Positions 11,900 to 24,295 of a stretch of 64,000 nucleotides of DNA are shown here, piece by piece (positions within the stretch are counted from its first letter, which is position 1; the number at the start of each line of letters is the position of its first letter). The stretch is taken from NCBI RefSeq assembly GCF_004010195.1, contig NC_057750.1, forward strand, positions 12,251,144-12,315,143, read 5' to 3'. A model generated the notes under the pieces. The model was not told the origin of the DNA, did not search any database, and worked only from the letters and a program-made list of their open reading frames with translations. Position numbers and translations under genes: made by a program. The stretch comes from Chiloscyllium plagiosum (taxonomy: Eukaryota).

Positions 11900-12610
11900 C
11901 TATCTGGAGATTGGCATCACGAGCAGGATCAACATAATTTTTCTGTCCCTAGTTGCTCTTGTAAAGACAGTGATGAGCTTCTTAAACCACTGCAATCTAT
12001 CTCCCACACTACTGTTATTGAGGAAACTTCAGGACTATTGATATGCAGACCATGAATAAATAGGATGTCCAAGTCAAGATGGTGTGTGACTTGGTTGCCA
12101 TTTTATTCTTCTTCTTTCATATGACGTCAGCCTGTGTTGCCCATCTCCAGTCGCTTTTAATCTGAGTTATTTACTGAGCCATTTCAGAGGTTGGTTAAGA
12201 GTTCGTGATATTGCTCTGGGTCTGGAGTTATATGTCGACTGGATCAGATAAGGACAGCTGATTTCCTACCCTAAAGGGCATTAGTCAGCCAGATAGGCTT
12301 TTGCAATGGTTGATGGAAGTTGTCAAGGTCACAATTACTTGCTTTCAATTCCAGATTTACTCATTAAAATTAAATGCCATTCGCTGCCAAGGTGGAATTC
12401 AAATCCCTGTCTCTAGAGCTTTAGGCCAGGGCTTCTGACTGACTTGTCTAGTGACGTAACTGCCATGCCACCAGCTCCCCTTGCCCTTTCAGATGGCAGA
12501 GCTTGCAACTTTGGGAGGGGCTGCTGAAGGAGCCCTATAGATTTGCTGCCTTACGTCTTGTTGATGATGCACACTACTGATGTTATGTGCTAAGATGTTC
12601 AAGGTGGTGT
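11900..12610 (-). mobile_element. LINE family B 3' fragment with nested SINE family B (~12115-12480)
   Basis: Reverse complements of the shared tail and of the SINE B body (CCAGATTTA...AAATGCCAT...GGTGGAATTCAAATCC). Confidence 0.6.
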
Positions 12611-12613
12611 TGA

Positions 12614-12793
12614 ACTTTCCCTTTGGGACACATTCATGATGAAGGGCTTTTGCCTGAAATGTCGATTTTCCTGCTCCTCAGATGCTGCCTGACCTGCTGT
12701 GCTTTTCCAGCACTACTCTAATCTTGACTCTAATCTCATGCATCTGCAATACCCATTTTCGTCCACTTTCCCTTTGGGGCCATTCCTGATGAG
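12614..12793 (+). mobile_element. Short PLE-derived element, monomer plus partial repeat, with hammerhead-like core
   Basis: ATGATGAAGGGCTTTTGCCTGAAATGTC. The first ~29 bp recur at 12765-12792. Confidence 0.8.
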
Positions 12794-13514
12794 TATGGAG
12801 TTTAAAAACACCAGTTCGTTGGAGATCTGTAAAGCCTTTCTGCTGAGTTTTTCTTAAGTAATTTTAACCCCTCCAAGGAGCTTTCATTGATACCCTTGCC
12901 TGACGATCTGACAATGCTGCTTTCACTGGAAGTATACAGGTGGGAACACAAAGGATCAACATCAAGACTGAGGCTTTTAATGCCAGCAGCAATTGGACTT
13001 GCTGCTGTGATAATGGGCTGCACAGTCTCTTAGCAACAGCGTGCTACATGGTTCCTACAGAACAGAGCAATGAATGTTTTTTTTGAAAAAGCTCCCCTAC
13101 ATCTTTGAAACAATGGTGAGTAATTCATCTTAAAAAACACTCTTGTCAAAGTCATGCTGAGAGGCCACCTTTTCCAGTAGACAGGTCAGATGATTACTTT
13201 GGTTACATAGTAGCCTTAACCAGCACCTTCCTTTTCCACCCAACATTAGTTGAAGATTTCTTGTGAGTCTGCTAATTCAAGAACGCAACTCACACAGTGA
13301 TTCACCGGAGAGGTTTAGAGCTGTGAGGACTGATGGTTCGTTTAGGAAGTGTTGTTTACCCTTTGAGATGGCTGTTTGTTGCTCTTTCTCAGAAAGGATT
13401 CTGCCATTGTCATTGTGGAATGAAGTTCGTGCTGTTTCCCAGAGCTGTTTAACTCTTTCCCCCTGTCTACCTTCCAAGCTGCAACCCAAGGAATCTTCCT
13501 AAAACCCAACAGAA

Positions 13515-13862
13515 AGAAAATTTGCATTTATATTTCATCTTTTCAATTTCAAGACGCCTCAAAGGGTTTTACAGTTTCAAAGTGTAGATGCTTGCAATTT
13601 GGAAATGTGGCAGTCAATTTGTACACAGCATGGGTTTACAAACAATAATGAGACAATGGCCAAATAATCAGGGAGAACTCCCTTGCATGTCTCTATAGTT
13701 GCTATGGGAGGACAGATAAGACTTTAGTTGAACATTTCATCCAAAGATGTCACCTCCAACAGTGCAGTGCTCTCTCAGGGACCAGCCTGAATTATGTTCT
13801 CCAGTGGAGCTCAAACCCATGATCTTTTCACTCTGAGACAAGCAAGGTACCCACCCGCAGCT
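13515..13862 (-). mobile_element. SacSINE1-like DeuSINE
   Basis: Minus-strand tRNA-like head, Deu-domain-like GCACTGTTGGAGGTGACATCTTTGGATGAAATGTT, and an ATATAAATGCAA tail. Confidence 0.75.
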
Positions 13863-14019
13863 ACAGCGAACACCGTGTCCTGCGGCAAATGCTTGTACTC
13901 TCACTCATGTATCTTGAATGATGCCATCTTATATTTCTTTCCTTTTTATTAATCTGTTGATTGTAGTTGTTTCTTAAGACAGTTTGCACCTGCAACGGTT
14001 AACTGACATCGCAGGATAA

Positions 14020-14185
14020 AGTCTGTAGAAAGCAAGAAAGTGCTGGAGAAACTCAGCAGGTCTGAGAATGAAGGGTCACTGGACTCTGTTTCTCTCTCCA
14101 AAAATGCTGCCAGATGGTGAGTTTCTCCAGTAATTTCTATTTCTGTTTCAAATTTCAAACATCTACAGTGATTTTTATGTATAAA
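14020..14185. mobile_element. Degenerate palindromic PLE pLTR-derived element (family of 10750-10840)
   Basis: GCTGGAGAAACTCAGC is inverted against GTGAGTTTCTCCAG; a TGAAGGGTCACTGGACTC stem remnant is present. Confidence 0.6.
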
Positions 14186-14273
14186 TTGTTGTTCCTGGGA
14201 TGTAGCGGAAATATTATGTGTATTCACTCTTAAGTTGAGCCTGATGTCTCACAATAGACAATCATAGATTCCC

Positions 14274-14398
14274 GAGGAGAAAGTAGGACTGCATATGCGG
14301 GAGAGTCAGAGTTGAAAAGTGTGGAGTTGGGAAAGCACAGCAGGTCGGGCAGCATCTGATGAGCAGAAGAGTTGACATTTTGGGCTAAGCCCTTCATA
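14274..14398 (-). mobile_element. Short PLE-derived element inserted in an HE1 tail
   Basis: Same family as 5744-5868; stem GGGC-TTA-GCCC. Confidence 0.75.
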
Positions 14399-14400
14399 AA

Positions 14401-14703
14401 ATCATTACAGTGGAAGGCAGACTATTCGGCCCATCGAGTCCTAACTGGCCCTCCAAAGAGTATCCCTTCCATACCCAGCCTGATCCCTGCAACCCTACAT
14501 TTCCCATGGCTAACCCACCTAGCCTGCACATCCATGAACACTATGGGCAATTTAATATGGCCAATCTGCCTAACCTGTACATCTTTGGACTGTGGAATGA
14601 AACCAGAGCACCAGGAGGAAACCCGTGCAGATGCGGTGAAAATGTGTAAACTCCACACAGAGAGTCGTCCGAGGGTAGAATCAAACCCAGGTCCTTGGTG
14701 CTG
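14401..14703 (-). mobile_element. HE1-type V-SINE (long subfamily)
   Basis: Reverse-complement V-domain and tail; a tail remnant continues at ~14258-14273. Confidence 0.88.
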
Positions 14704-14799
14704 CACTCAGTCAAATGAAGCCTTGATTCAAGTGCAATCACTCTCCCCATACCTTTGGAAATTAGCTCTTGTCTGTGCTTTTGCAGGTTGAAATGAGGT

Positions 14800-16350
14800 T
14801 GGAAACTAAGTGGACCTGGCAAAACCCAAACTAAGTGTCAGTAATCAGGTTTTTGCTGAACAAGTGCTGCTTGGTGACACGGTGGCTTGGTGGTTAGCAT
14901 TGCTGCCTCACAGCACCGGGGACCCGGGTTTGATTCCAGCCTTGGGTGACTGTCTGTGTGGAGTTTGCACGTACTCCCCATGTCTGTGTGGGTCCCCTTC
15001 GGGTGCTCCGGTTTCCTCCCACAGTCCAAAGATGTGTAGGTGAGGTGAATTGGCCATGCTACATTGCCCATAGTGTTCAGTAATGTGTAGGTTAGGTACA
15101 TGAGTCAGGGATAAATGTAGAGTAATAGGCTTGGGGAATGGGTCTGGGTGGGTTACTGTTTGGAGGGCTGCTGTGGACTTGTGCCAAACGGCCTGTTTCC
15201 ACACGGTAGGGATTCTATGATTAATAGCACTGTTGACAACCTCTTCAACCAATTTACTGATGCTTGACATTAAACATATAGGTAAGCAGCTGTGCTATAT
15301 TTGTCCTGCCTTTAGTGTACAGAACATACCTGGGCATTTTTCCCTGTTGTCAGGTAGATGTTACAGCTGTACTGGTACAGCTTGGCTAGGGGCATGTTAA
15401 GCACTGGAGCACAAGGCTTCAGTACTATTGTTGGAATGTTGTTACATCTAACACTCTTGCAGTATTCCAGTGCCTTAAACCAATTCTTGATATCACATGA
15501 AGTGAATCAAATTGGCTCAGAACTAGCATCTTTGTTGTTGGGGACTTCTGGAGGCTGAGATCAATAATCCATTCATCACATCTGGCTGAGGATTGTTGCA
15601 AATGCTTATCTTTTGCTGGGTTTCTCTATGATTGAAAATGGGGATATTTGTGGAGCCTCCTGCGCCTCCAATGAGTTGCTGAATGTGGCAGAACTGCAGC
15701 GTTTAGATTTGATCTGTTGATTGTGGAATCATGTAGCCCTGTCTATTACCTGCTGCTACTGCTGCTGCTACTGTTTTGCACACAAATAGTCCTGTAATGT
15801 AATTTCACCACATCAACACCTCCATTTTACATATGCTTGTTGCTGCTCCTGACATACCCTTTTGCACATTTCATTGAACCAGAATTGATGTCCTGGATTG
15901 ATGATAACGTTGGAGTGGAGATATGCTGTGCCATGAAATAGCAAATGATGTTGGGAGTACAGTTCTAATCCTATCGATGGCTAACAGCACCTTATAAATT
16001 CCCAGTCTTGAGTTGCTAAATCAGTTCAATATCTCTCCCATTTAGTATGGTGGTAGTGTCACACAGCATGATGGTGAGCATATTCAATGTGAAGACGAGA
16101 CTTCTTGTCCACAGAAACTTGTCCATTTTGGTGGTCAGTCCTAGTGAAACTGTTCTGGATGGATGCATATGCAGTGGGAAGTTTGATCAATGTGGGGTTA
16201 GGCATGTTTTTCCCTCTTGTTGGTTCCTTCACTACATACTGCAGACCCAGTCTAGCAGCTGTGTCCTTTAGGACTTGACCAGCTTGGTCAGTACCCGTGT
16301 TGCCGATCCACTGTTGATGATGAAGGTTAAAGTACATTCTGTGCTTCCTC
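14800..16350 (-). mobile_element. LINE family B ORF2 fragment (APE C-terminus to RT start), split by HE1
   Basis: ARLGLQYVVKEPTRGKN, NIPTIVLKPCAPVL, VVNSAI | KQHLFSKNLITD resuming across the HE1. Confidence 0.8.
14873..15222 (+). mobile_element. HE1-type V-SINE (long subfamily)
   Basis: Full head, V-domain and GATTCTATGATT tail. Confidence 0.92.
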
Positions 16351-16359
16351 TGAATGGTA

Positions 16360-17018
16360 CTCTTATGTCAGCGATAGGTAAATTGTTAGAGGGGATTCTG
16401 AGGGACAGGATTTACATGTATTTGGAAAGGCAAGAACTGATTAGGGATGGTCAACATGGCTCTATGCTGGGAAATCGTGTTGCACTAACTTGATTGAGTT
16501 TTTTGAAGAGGTGATGAAGATTGATGAAGGCAGAACGGTAGGCATCTATAACGGACTTCAGCAAGGTGTTCGACAGATTCTGCACAGTAGACTGGTTGGC
16601 AAGGTTAGATCACTGTAGGATCCTGAGGGAGCTAGCCAATTGGATACAAAATTGGCTTGAAGGTAGGAGACAGAGGGTAATAATAGAGGGTTGCTTTTTG
16701 GGCTGGGGGCCTGTGGTGCCGTAAGGATTGATGCTGGGTTCACTATTTTTTGTCATTTATATAAATGACTTGAATGTGAATATAGGAGGTATGTTTAATA
16801 AGCTTTCAGATAAAAATAGATGGTGTAGTGGACAGTGAAGAGGATTGTCTCAGAGTACAATGGGACCTTGATGAGTCAGGCCAGTGGGCCAATGGAGTGG
16901 CTGATGAAGTTTAATTTAGATAATTGTGAGGTGTTCTGTTTTGGTAAGGCACACTAGAACAGGACTTATACACTTATTGGTAGGAGATTTATACTCTCCA
17001 TTGATATACCTGGAGAGT
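16360..17018 (+). mobile_element. HER1/CR1 RT fragment running into a gap
   Basis: LMSAIGKLLEGILRDRIYMYLERQ; collinear with other HER1 copies. Confidence 0.9.
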
Positions 17019-17518
17019 NNNNNNNNNNNNNNNNNNNNNNNNNNNNNNNNNNNNNNNNNNNNNNNNNNNNNNNNNNNNNNNNNNNNNNNNNNNNNNNNNN
17101 NNNNNNNNNNNNNNNNNNNNNNNNNNNNNNNNNNNNNNNNNNNNNNNNNNNNNNNNNNNNNNNNNNNNNNNNNNNNNNNNNNNNNNNNNNNNNNNNNNNN
17201 NNNNNNNNNNNNNNNNNNNNNNNNNNNNNNNNNNNNNNNNNNNNNNNNNNNNNNNNNNNNNNNNNNNNNNNNNNNNNNNNNNNNNNNNNNNNNNNNNNNN
17301 NNNNNNNNNNNNNNNNNNNNNNNNNNNNNNNNNNNNNNNNNNNNNNNNNNNNNNNNNNNNNNNNNNNNNNNNNNNNNNNNNNNNNNNNNNNNNNNNNNNN
17401 NNNNNNNNNNNNNNNNNNNNNNNNNNNNNNNNNNNNNNNNNNNNNNNNNNNNNNNNNNNNNNNNNNNNNNNNNNNNNNNNNNNNNNNNNNNNNNNNNNNN
17501 NNNNNNNNNNNNNNNNNN
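17019..17518. other. Assembly gap (500 N)
   Basis: Run of N. Confidence 1.
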
Positions 17519-18544
17519 TGTCAATGATTGCGTACACTTAGGCGAATGGCATTGTACACAAGTTTGAGTATATGTGTGCATGATCACGTCTGACTGGAAA
17601 TTGCTTTCATTTGCTTCGGTAATCTCAGGCCATATGGAGGCAACATTACACTGCTACCACTCTGCCTACATCTCAATTAAGTTTGTGGCAGGAATGCTCA
17701 TGGATAGCCCTCCCAATCTGCCACTGAAAATTGCCCTGAAGTGGGAAATTAATATCCACTTAAGAACTGTGCTGTCACCACTTTAACCCAGTAGTGGGTA
17801 AGGCGGCTTGCCATAAGGGGAGCATGAGCAGCAAACCCCGGTCTGTCTGGTTGTGAAGTCCCTCCTTCAGTGTGCCTGGCATTGGGCAGGAAGGAGGAGC
17901 CTATTAAGAGTAACCTCAGGCCCCTTGCTGCAGCCCCCAGAAGACACTTTCTCACATGCCCCTCAGCTGGATCTTCCTCCTACCACCACTGACCCCCTGG
18001 CCTGGATTCAGAAACAGTCGTGCTGCCTTGGGCAGACATTGCACTGGCAGCTGACCCCATCTGTCTGGTGATGCTGCTGTTCAGTCGACCCACTGGCCTC
18101 TGATTGGCTAACAAGGGTTCTTGATCCCTGAAGAAGCTCACCCTGTCCTGTCAGGTGCCTGAGTAGAATAAGATGTGGTAAGCATTCCCAAGGGAAGGTC
18201 ATGTCCAGCTGACAGCCAAGAACCCTGTTGCTTCAATGGGATTCCTCCCATAGAGTTATCACTCCACTGAAGGAGGCCATTCAGCCCATCGAATGCTTGC
18301 TCTTTTTAAAGCAACTCAGTTAGTCCCATTTTTTACTTTCCTTAAAGACCTCAAATTTATTTCCAATCAGGGTCCATCTTATTTCCTTTTGAAATCATTG
18401 ATTGCCTTTGTCTACAATACCCTAGTTGACAGGAACTATTGTCCGGAGGACCAGAAAGTAAGTTAGAAGAAGAAGGAGAATGTACCTGAGCAGGAAATCA
18501 GGCGTTCCAAACCTATGGCAGTAGTACCTGACCTGAGCTCAGCA

Positions 18545-18720
18545 TGGATTCCTTCACTGTCGCTGGGTCAAAAGTCCTAGAACTCCCTTTTGAAAAGCAC
18601 TGTCGATGTCCCTCGACTGCGTGGACTGCAGGAGTTCATGAATGTAATTCCCCACCATCATCTCAATGATTTGGAATGAGCGCTAACCAGCAATGTCCAC
18701 ATGCTGTGAAATAATTTTTA
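18545..18720 (+). mobile_element. LINE family B 3' end
   Basis: TTCCTTCACTGTCGCTGGGTCAAAA...GGACTGCAG...CCAGCAATGTCCACAT. Confidence 0.65.
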
Positions 18721-19245
18721 AAAATTACACCAGGTAACCCATATCTCATTTATATACCCTCTAAGAGTCAAGAGTTTCTAAATGGAAATGATTTTTGTCA
18801 GATTGATGCCTTAATGAAATTGATAAAGTCATCCAGGTTCCTTCCATTTCTTCCAAGAACTATACCTTTAGATAAAGTGACCAAATGTTATTATCACATT
18901 GTTGTTAAATAGGACTTTTAATATGGAAAGAGCCTATGGTGCTGAAGATAGTTTATTAGCATGGATAGAGAATTGGCTAACTAATAGAACCCAGAGAGTT
19001 GGGATAAGGTGACCATTTTCAGGATGGCAATCTGTAGCTAGTGAAATGTCACAGGGATCAGTGCTAGTACCATAGTTGTTTACAACACATACTCATGTCA
19101 CAGATGACTAAATCATATGTACAAGAGCCGAGTTTGCCGATGATGCAAAAATAGTTGGGAAGGCAAGTAGTGAGATGACATAAAGAGTCTCCAGAGGGAT
19201 ATAGACAGGTTGAACCAGTGGCCAAAACTTGCCAAAGGAATAAAC

Positions 19246-21340
19246 ACAGAGTCATATAATTATACAGCACAGAAATAAACTTCAGCCCAATTCATCCGCA
19301 CTGACCAGATATCCTAAAATGATCTAGTCCCATTTGGCAGCATTTGGACCATATCCCTCTAAATCCTTCCAATTCATACACCATCCAGATGCCTTTTAAA
19401 TGTTGCAATTGTACCCACTCCAACACCTCCCCGGCAATTCTTTCCATACATGTACCACCGTCTGCTTGCAAATGTTGCCCCTCAGGTCCCTTTTGAATGT
19501 TTTCCCTGTTACCTTAAACCTATGTCTTCTACCTTTGGTGGCCTCACCAATGTCCTGTACAACCAAAATATGATGTCCTGACTCCTATATACGGTGCACT
19601 GACCAATGAAGGCAAGTGTGCCAAATGCCTTCTTCATCACCCTGTCTAGTTGCGACTCTACTTTGAAGGAACTATGCACCTGCAGCCGTATGTGCCTTTG
19701 TTTGGCACCACTCCCAGGGCCCTATCATTAACTGTATAAGTCCTGCCCTAGTTTGCCTTACAAAAATTCAACACCTCTCATTTATCTAAATTAAAATCCA
19801 TCGGCCACTTCTTGGCCCATTGACCCATCTGATCAAAGTCCCATTGTACTCTGAGATAAATATTTCTTCACTGTCTACTTCACCACCAATTTTGATGTCA
19901 TCTGCAAACTTACTAACCATACTCCCTTTATTAACATCCAAATCATTTATACAAATGATGAAAAGCAGTGGACCCAGCACTGATCCTTGTAGCATACCAC
20001 TAGTCACAGGCCTCCAGTCCGAAAAGCAACTCTCTACTACCACACTCTGTCTCCTACCTTCAAGCCAATTTTGTATCAAATTGGCTAGGTCCCCTGGATT
20101 CCATGTGATCTAACCTTGCTAACCAGTCTACCATGCGGAACCTTGTTGAACACCTTACTAAAGTCCATAAAGATAACATCTACTGCTCTGCCTTCATCTA
20201 TCTTCTTTGTCATTTCTTTAAAAAAACTCAGTTAAGTTAGTGAGACATGATTTCCCGTTCATAAAGTCACATTGATATCCCCAATCAGTCCTTACCTTTC
20301 CAGATGTAAGTAAATTCTGTTCCTCATAATGCCCTCCAACAACTAACCCACCACTGATATCAGGATCACTGGTCTATAATTTGTTGGCTTTTCCTTATCA
20401 TCCTTCTTAAATAGTGGCACCACATTAGCCACCCTTCAGCATCCTACCTGTCGCTGTCAATGATGCAAATATCTCTGCTAAGGGCTCTGCAATCTCTTCT
20501 CTAGCTTCCCACAATGTCCTGGAATACGATCAAGTCCCAGAGATTTGTCTACCTTTATGCATTTTAAATCCTCCAGCACCTCCTCTTCTGTAATATGGGC
20601 GCTTTTCAAGACCTCACTATTTAGTTCCGAAGTTCCCTAGCTGCCATGTCGTTCTCCAAGCTAAATAGCGGCACACAATATTTGTTTAGTATCTCACTCT
20701 TCTCCTGTGTTGATTTTTAAAGGGCCCTGTTCTTTCCCTCGTTACACTTGCCCTTAATGTATTTGTAAAATCTCATTGGGTTCTCCATAACCTTATTTGC
20801 CAAAGCTATCTCTCATCCCTGTTTTGCCAACCAGATTTCCCTTTCAAGTGTACTCCCACTGCTCTTAAAATTCTCTAGTGATTCAATCAATCCCAGCTGT
20901 CTATTCCTGACAAATGCCTCCTTTTTCTTGACCAGAGTCTCAATTTTTCTGGTCATTCAGCATTCCCTGCCAACTTTGCTCTTTGCACTAAGAGGAACAT
21001 ACTGTCTCTGAGCTCTTGTTATCTCAATTTTGGAGACCTCCCACTTTGCATTTCTCCATTCACCTGTGACAACCTCCCAAGTCAATTTTTGAAAGCCCCT
21101 GCCTAATAATATCAAAATGAGCCCTACTCTCAATCTAGAATTTAACTTTTAGATCAGGTCTACCCTTTTCCATCATTATTTTAAAACTAATAGAATTATG
21201 ATCACTTGCTCCAAGTGCTTCCCCACTGACACCTCAGTCACTTGTCCTATCTTATTTCCAAAAAGAAGGTCAAGTTTTGCTCCACATATTGAATAAGACA
21301 ATTTTCTTGTGCACTCTTAAAAAATTATTCTCCATCCAAA
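19246..21340 (-). mobile_element. HER1/CR1 LINE with internal deletions
   Basis: ORF 19786-20079 contains SGMLQGSVLGPLLF and SKFADDIK; HER1 3' UTR at the left end. Confidence 0.92.
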
Positions 21341-21593
21341 CCTGTGGGAAAATATGAGATTATGCATTTTGGCAGGGGGAATTGAGGAACTTAATATTAT
21401 TTAAGTGGAACAAGACTGCAGAAAACTACAGCACACAGGGATTTGGAGTCCTTGTGTATAAATCATGGAAAGCTTGTATCCACGATCAGCAGACAATAGG
21501 GAAGGCAAATAGAATGCTGGCTTTTATTTCAAAAGAAATGGAGTATTAAAACAGACAGGTCTTTCTATAACTATACAAGGTACTAATTGGACC

Positions 21594-22350
21594 TAAATGG
21601 GAGAAAATTCAGAAGTCTGAAGTGTAAAGAGATTTGGGAGTTCTAGTCCAGGATTCTTCCAAGGTAAGCTTGCAGGTTGAATCAGTACAGTAGTTAGGAA
21701 GGCAAGTGCAACGATGGCATTTATTTTCAGAGGACTTGAATATAAAAGCAGGGATGTACTTCTGAAGCTCTTTAAGGCTGTGGTCAGACCACCTTTGGAG
21801 TATTCTGTGCAGTTTTGGGCCCCAAATCTCAGGAAGGATGTACTGGCCCTGGAGCGGTTCAGAGGAGGTTCACAAGAATGGTCCCAGGAATGAAATGTTT
21901 AACATATGAAGAACGTTTGAGGACTCTGGGTCTATACTCAATGGAGTTTAGAAGGTTGATGGGGGTGGGGGGGGTCTAATTGAAACATACAGAATACTGA
22001 ATGGCCTGGAGACGGTGGATGTCGGGATGATGTTTCCATTGGTAGGTGGGACTAGGACCCGAGGGCACAGCCTTAGAGTAAAGAGAAGACCTTTTAGAAC
22101 GGAGATAAGGAGAAACTTATTTAGTAGAGAGTGGTGAATCCATCGAATTCATTGCCGCACAAGGCTGTGGAGTCCAGGTTATTGAGTATATTTAAGAGGA
22201 CGATCGATAGGTTTTTCCTATCAAGGGGATCAAGGTTATGGGGAGAAAGCAGGAGAATAGGGTTGAGAAACATATCAACCATGACTGAATGATGGAGCAG
22301 GATCAATGGGCTGAATGGCCTAATTTCTGCTCCTGTGTCTTATAGTCTTA
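21594..22350 (+). mobile_element. CR1 LINE 3' fragment with candidate TSD TGGACC
   Basis: RT C-terminus and a TCTTATAGTCTTA tail. TGGACC at 21588-21593 and 22351-22356. Confidence 0.85.
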
Positions 22351-22436
22351 TGGACCACAGCAAGAATACCGTAAACAATTTTGCGCTCCTTATCTAAGTA
22401 AAGATGTACTGGCATTGGAGGTAGTTCAAAGACGTT

Positions 22437-23656
22437 ACAGAATCATAGTGATGTACAGCCCCTTCAGTCCAACTTGTCCATGCCAACCAGATATCCCAAC
22501 CCAATCTCTTCCCACCTGCCAGCAACCAGCCCATATCCCTTCACACCCTATTCATATACCCATCCAGATGCCTTTTAAATGTTGCAATTGTACCTGCCTC
22601 CTCCACTTCCTCTGGCAGTCCATTCTACACACACCACCCTCTGCATGAAAATATTGCCCCTTAGATTAGATTAGATTCATTACAGTGTGGAAACAGGCCC
22701 TTCGGCCCAACAAGTCCACACCGACCCTCTGAAGAGTAACCCACTCAGACCCATTTTCCTCTGACTAATGCACCTAACACTATGGGCAATTTAGCATGGC
22801 CAATCCACCTGAACTGCACATCTTTGGACTGTGGGAGGAAACCAGAGCACCCGGAGGAAACCCATGCAGACACGGGGAGAATGAGCAAACTTCACACAGA
22901 CAGTTGCCCGAGGCTGGAATCGAACCTGGGTCTGTGGCGCTGTGAAGCAACAGTGCTAACCACTGAGCCACCGTGCCACCCACAGTCCCTTTTGTTTCTT
23001 TCCTCTCTCACCCTAAAACTATGCCCTCGGGTTCTGGACTCCCCTAGCCCAGGGAAGAGACTCCATGGATATTTATCCTATCCATGCCCCTCATGATTTT
23101 GTAAACCCCTATAAGGTCACCCCTCAGCCATCGACCCTCCAGAGAAAACAGCCCTAGCCTATTCAACCTCTCCCTATAGCTCAAATCCTCCAACCATGGT
23201 AACATCCTTGTAAATCTTTTCTGAACCCTTTCAAGTTTCACAACATCCTTCCGATAGGAAGGAGACCAGAATTGCATGCAATATTCTAAAAGTGGCCCAA
23301 CCAATGTCCTGCACAACTGCAACACTTGTACTCAATACTTTGAGCAATAAAGGAAAGCATACCAAACACCTTCTTCACTATCCTATCTACCTGCGACTCT
23401 ACTTTCAAGGAGCTATGAACCTGCACTCCAAGGTCTCTTTGTTCACAAACACTCCGAGGACCTTACCATTAAGTATATAAGTCCCGCTAACATTTGTGTT
23501 CCTAAAACGCAGCACCTCGCATTTAGATGAATTAAACTCCATTTGCCACTCCTTAGCCCATTGGCTCATCTGATCAAGATCCGGTTGTAATCCGAGTTAA
23601 CCTTCTTCGCTGTCCGCTACACCTTCAATTTTGGTGTCATCTGCAAATTTACTAAT
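22437..23656 (-). mobile_element. HER1/CR1 3' fragment containing an HE1
   Basis: ORF 23044-23325 contains LEYCMQFWSPSYRKDVVKLERVQKRFTRM. Confidence 0.92.
22661..22981 (-). mobile_element. HE1-type V-SINE
   Basis: Full-length reverse complement with an (AATCT)n tail. Confidence 0.93.
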
Positions 23657-23685
23657 GGTAATCTGGAACATCAAGAACATCAGGC

Positions 23686-23774
23686 ACAACCACCTGATGG
23701 AGCTGTGCTCCAAAAGCTAGTACCTCCAAATAAACCTGTTGGACTATAAACTGGTGTTGTGTGATTTTTAACTT
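23686..23774 (+). mobile_element. Short PLE-type terminal fragment (third family) with deleted hammerhead core
   Basis: CACCTGAT-GGAGC-TGT-GCTCC-AAAAGCTAG...AATAAACCTGTTGGACTATAA. The GGAGC/GCTCC stem is retained. Confidence 0.55.
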
Positions 23775-24124
23775 CTAACAAGATTAGACAGGGTGGATGC
23801 AGGAAGGATATTCCAGATGACTGGGGAGCCCAGAATCAGAATCTAAGGGATATGGGGTAAACTATTTAGGACTGAGAAAAGAGGAAATTTCTTCACCTGG
23901 ACAGTGGTGAGCCTGTCAAATTCCCTACCATGGAAAAATGTTGAGCCCAAAACGTTGTATGATTTAGAGAAGGAGTTGGACATAGCACTTGCTAAAGGGA
24001 CCAAAGGAAAAGGAGGAACAGGCTATTGAGTTGGATGACCAGCCATGATCATAATGAATGGTGGACCAGGCTCAAAGGGTCAAATAACCACTCCTGCTAT
24101 TTTCTATGCTTCTATGTCGTCAGA

Positions 24125-24295
24125 ACCTCAGCAGCTCTGCAGTAATGAATTTCATAGATTCACTACCCTCAGGGAAGAAAAGTCTTGTTTATCTGTCTTA
24201 AATATGTACCTCTTCTTTGAGATTGTGCCCTCTGGTCCAAGGCTTTCCCACAAGTGGAAACAGCCTTTCCTCATTTACTATCTCAAATCCCCTCA
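24125..24295 (-). mobile_element. Old CR1 3' fragment
   Basis: ERLFPLVGKPWTRGHNLK in ORF 24198-24587. Confidence 0.7.

Larger units (their letters stand above)
18950..24117 (+). mobile_element. Host CR1 LINE fragment split by nested insertions (pieces ~18950-19245, 21341-21593, 22351-22436, 23775-24117)
   Basis: The pieces are collinear RT-to-3' UTR segments ending in TTCTATGCTTCTATG. Confidence 0.75.

Noticed and set aside
12802..13060. Possible exon (73-aa ORF near an acceptor-like TTCTGTAG on the minus strand)
   Set aside because: All three frames from the putative acceptor hit stops early, and the peptide is unrecognisable.
16993..17018. Small hairpin ACTCTCCA...TGGAGAGT
   Set aside because: An 8-bp stem at a contig edge inside a LINE; it could be chance or an edge artefact.
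16916..17587. Long ORFs (182-223 aa) here and at 28336-28740 and 51184-51986
   Set aside because: They are artefacts of translating through N-gaps; the real parts are CR1 fragments.
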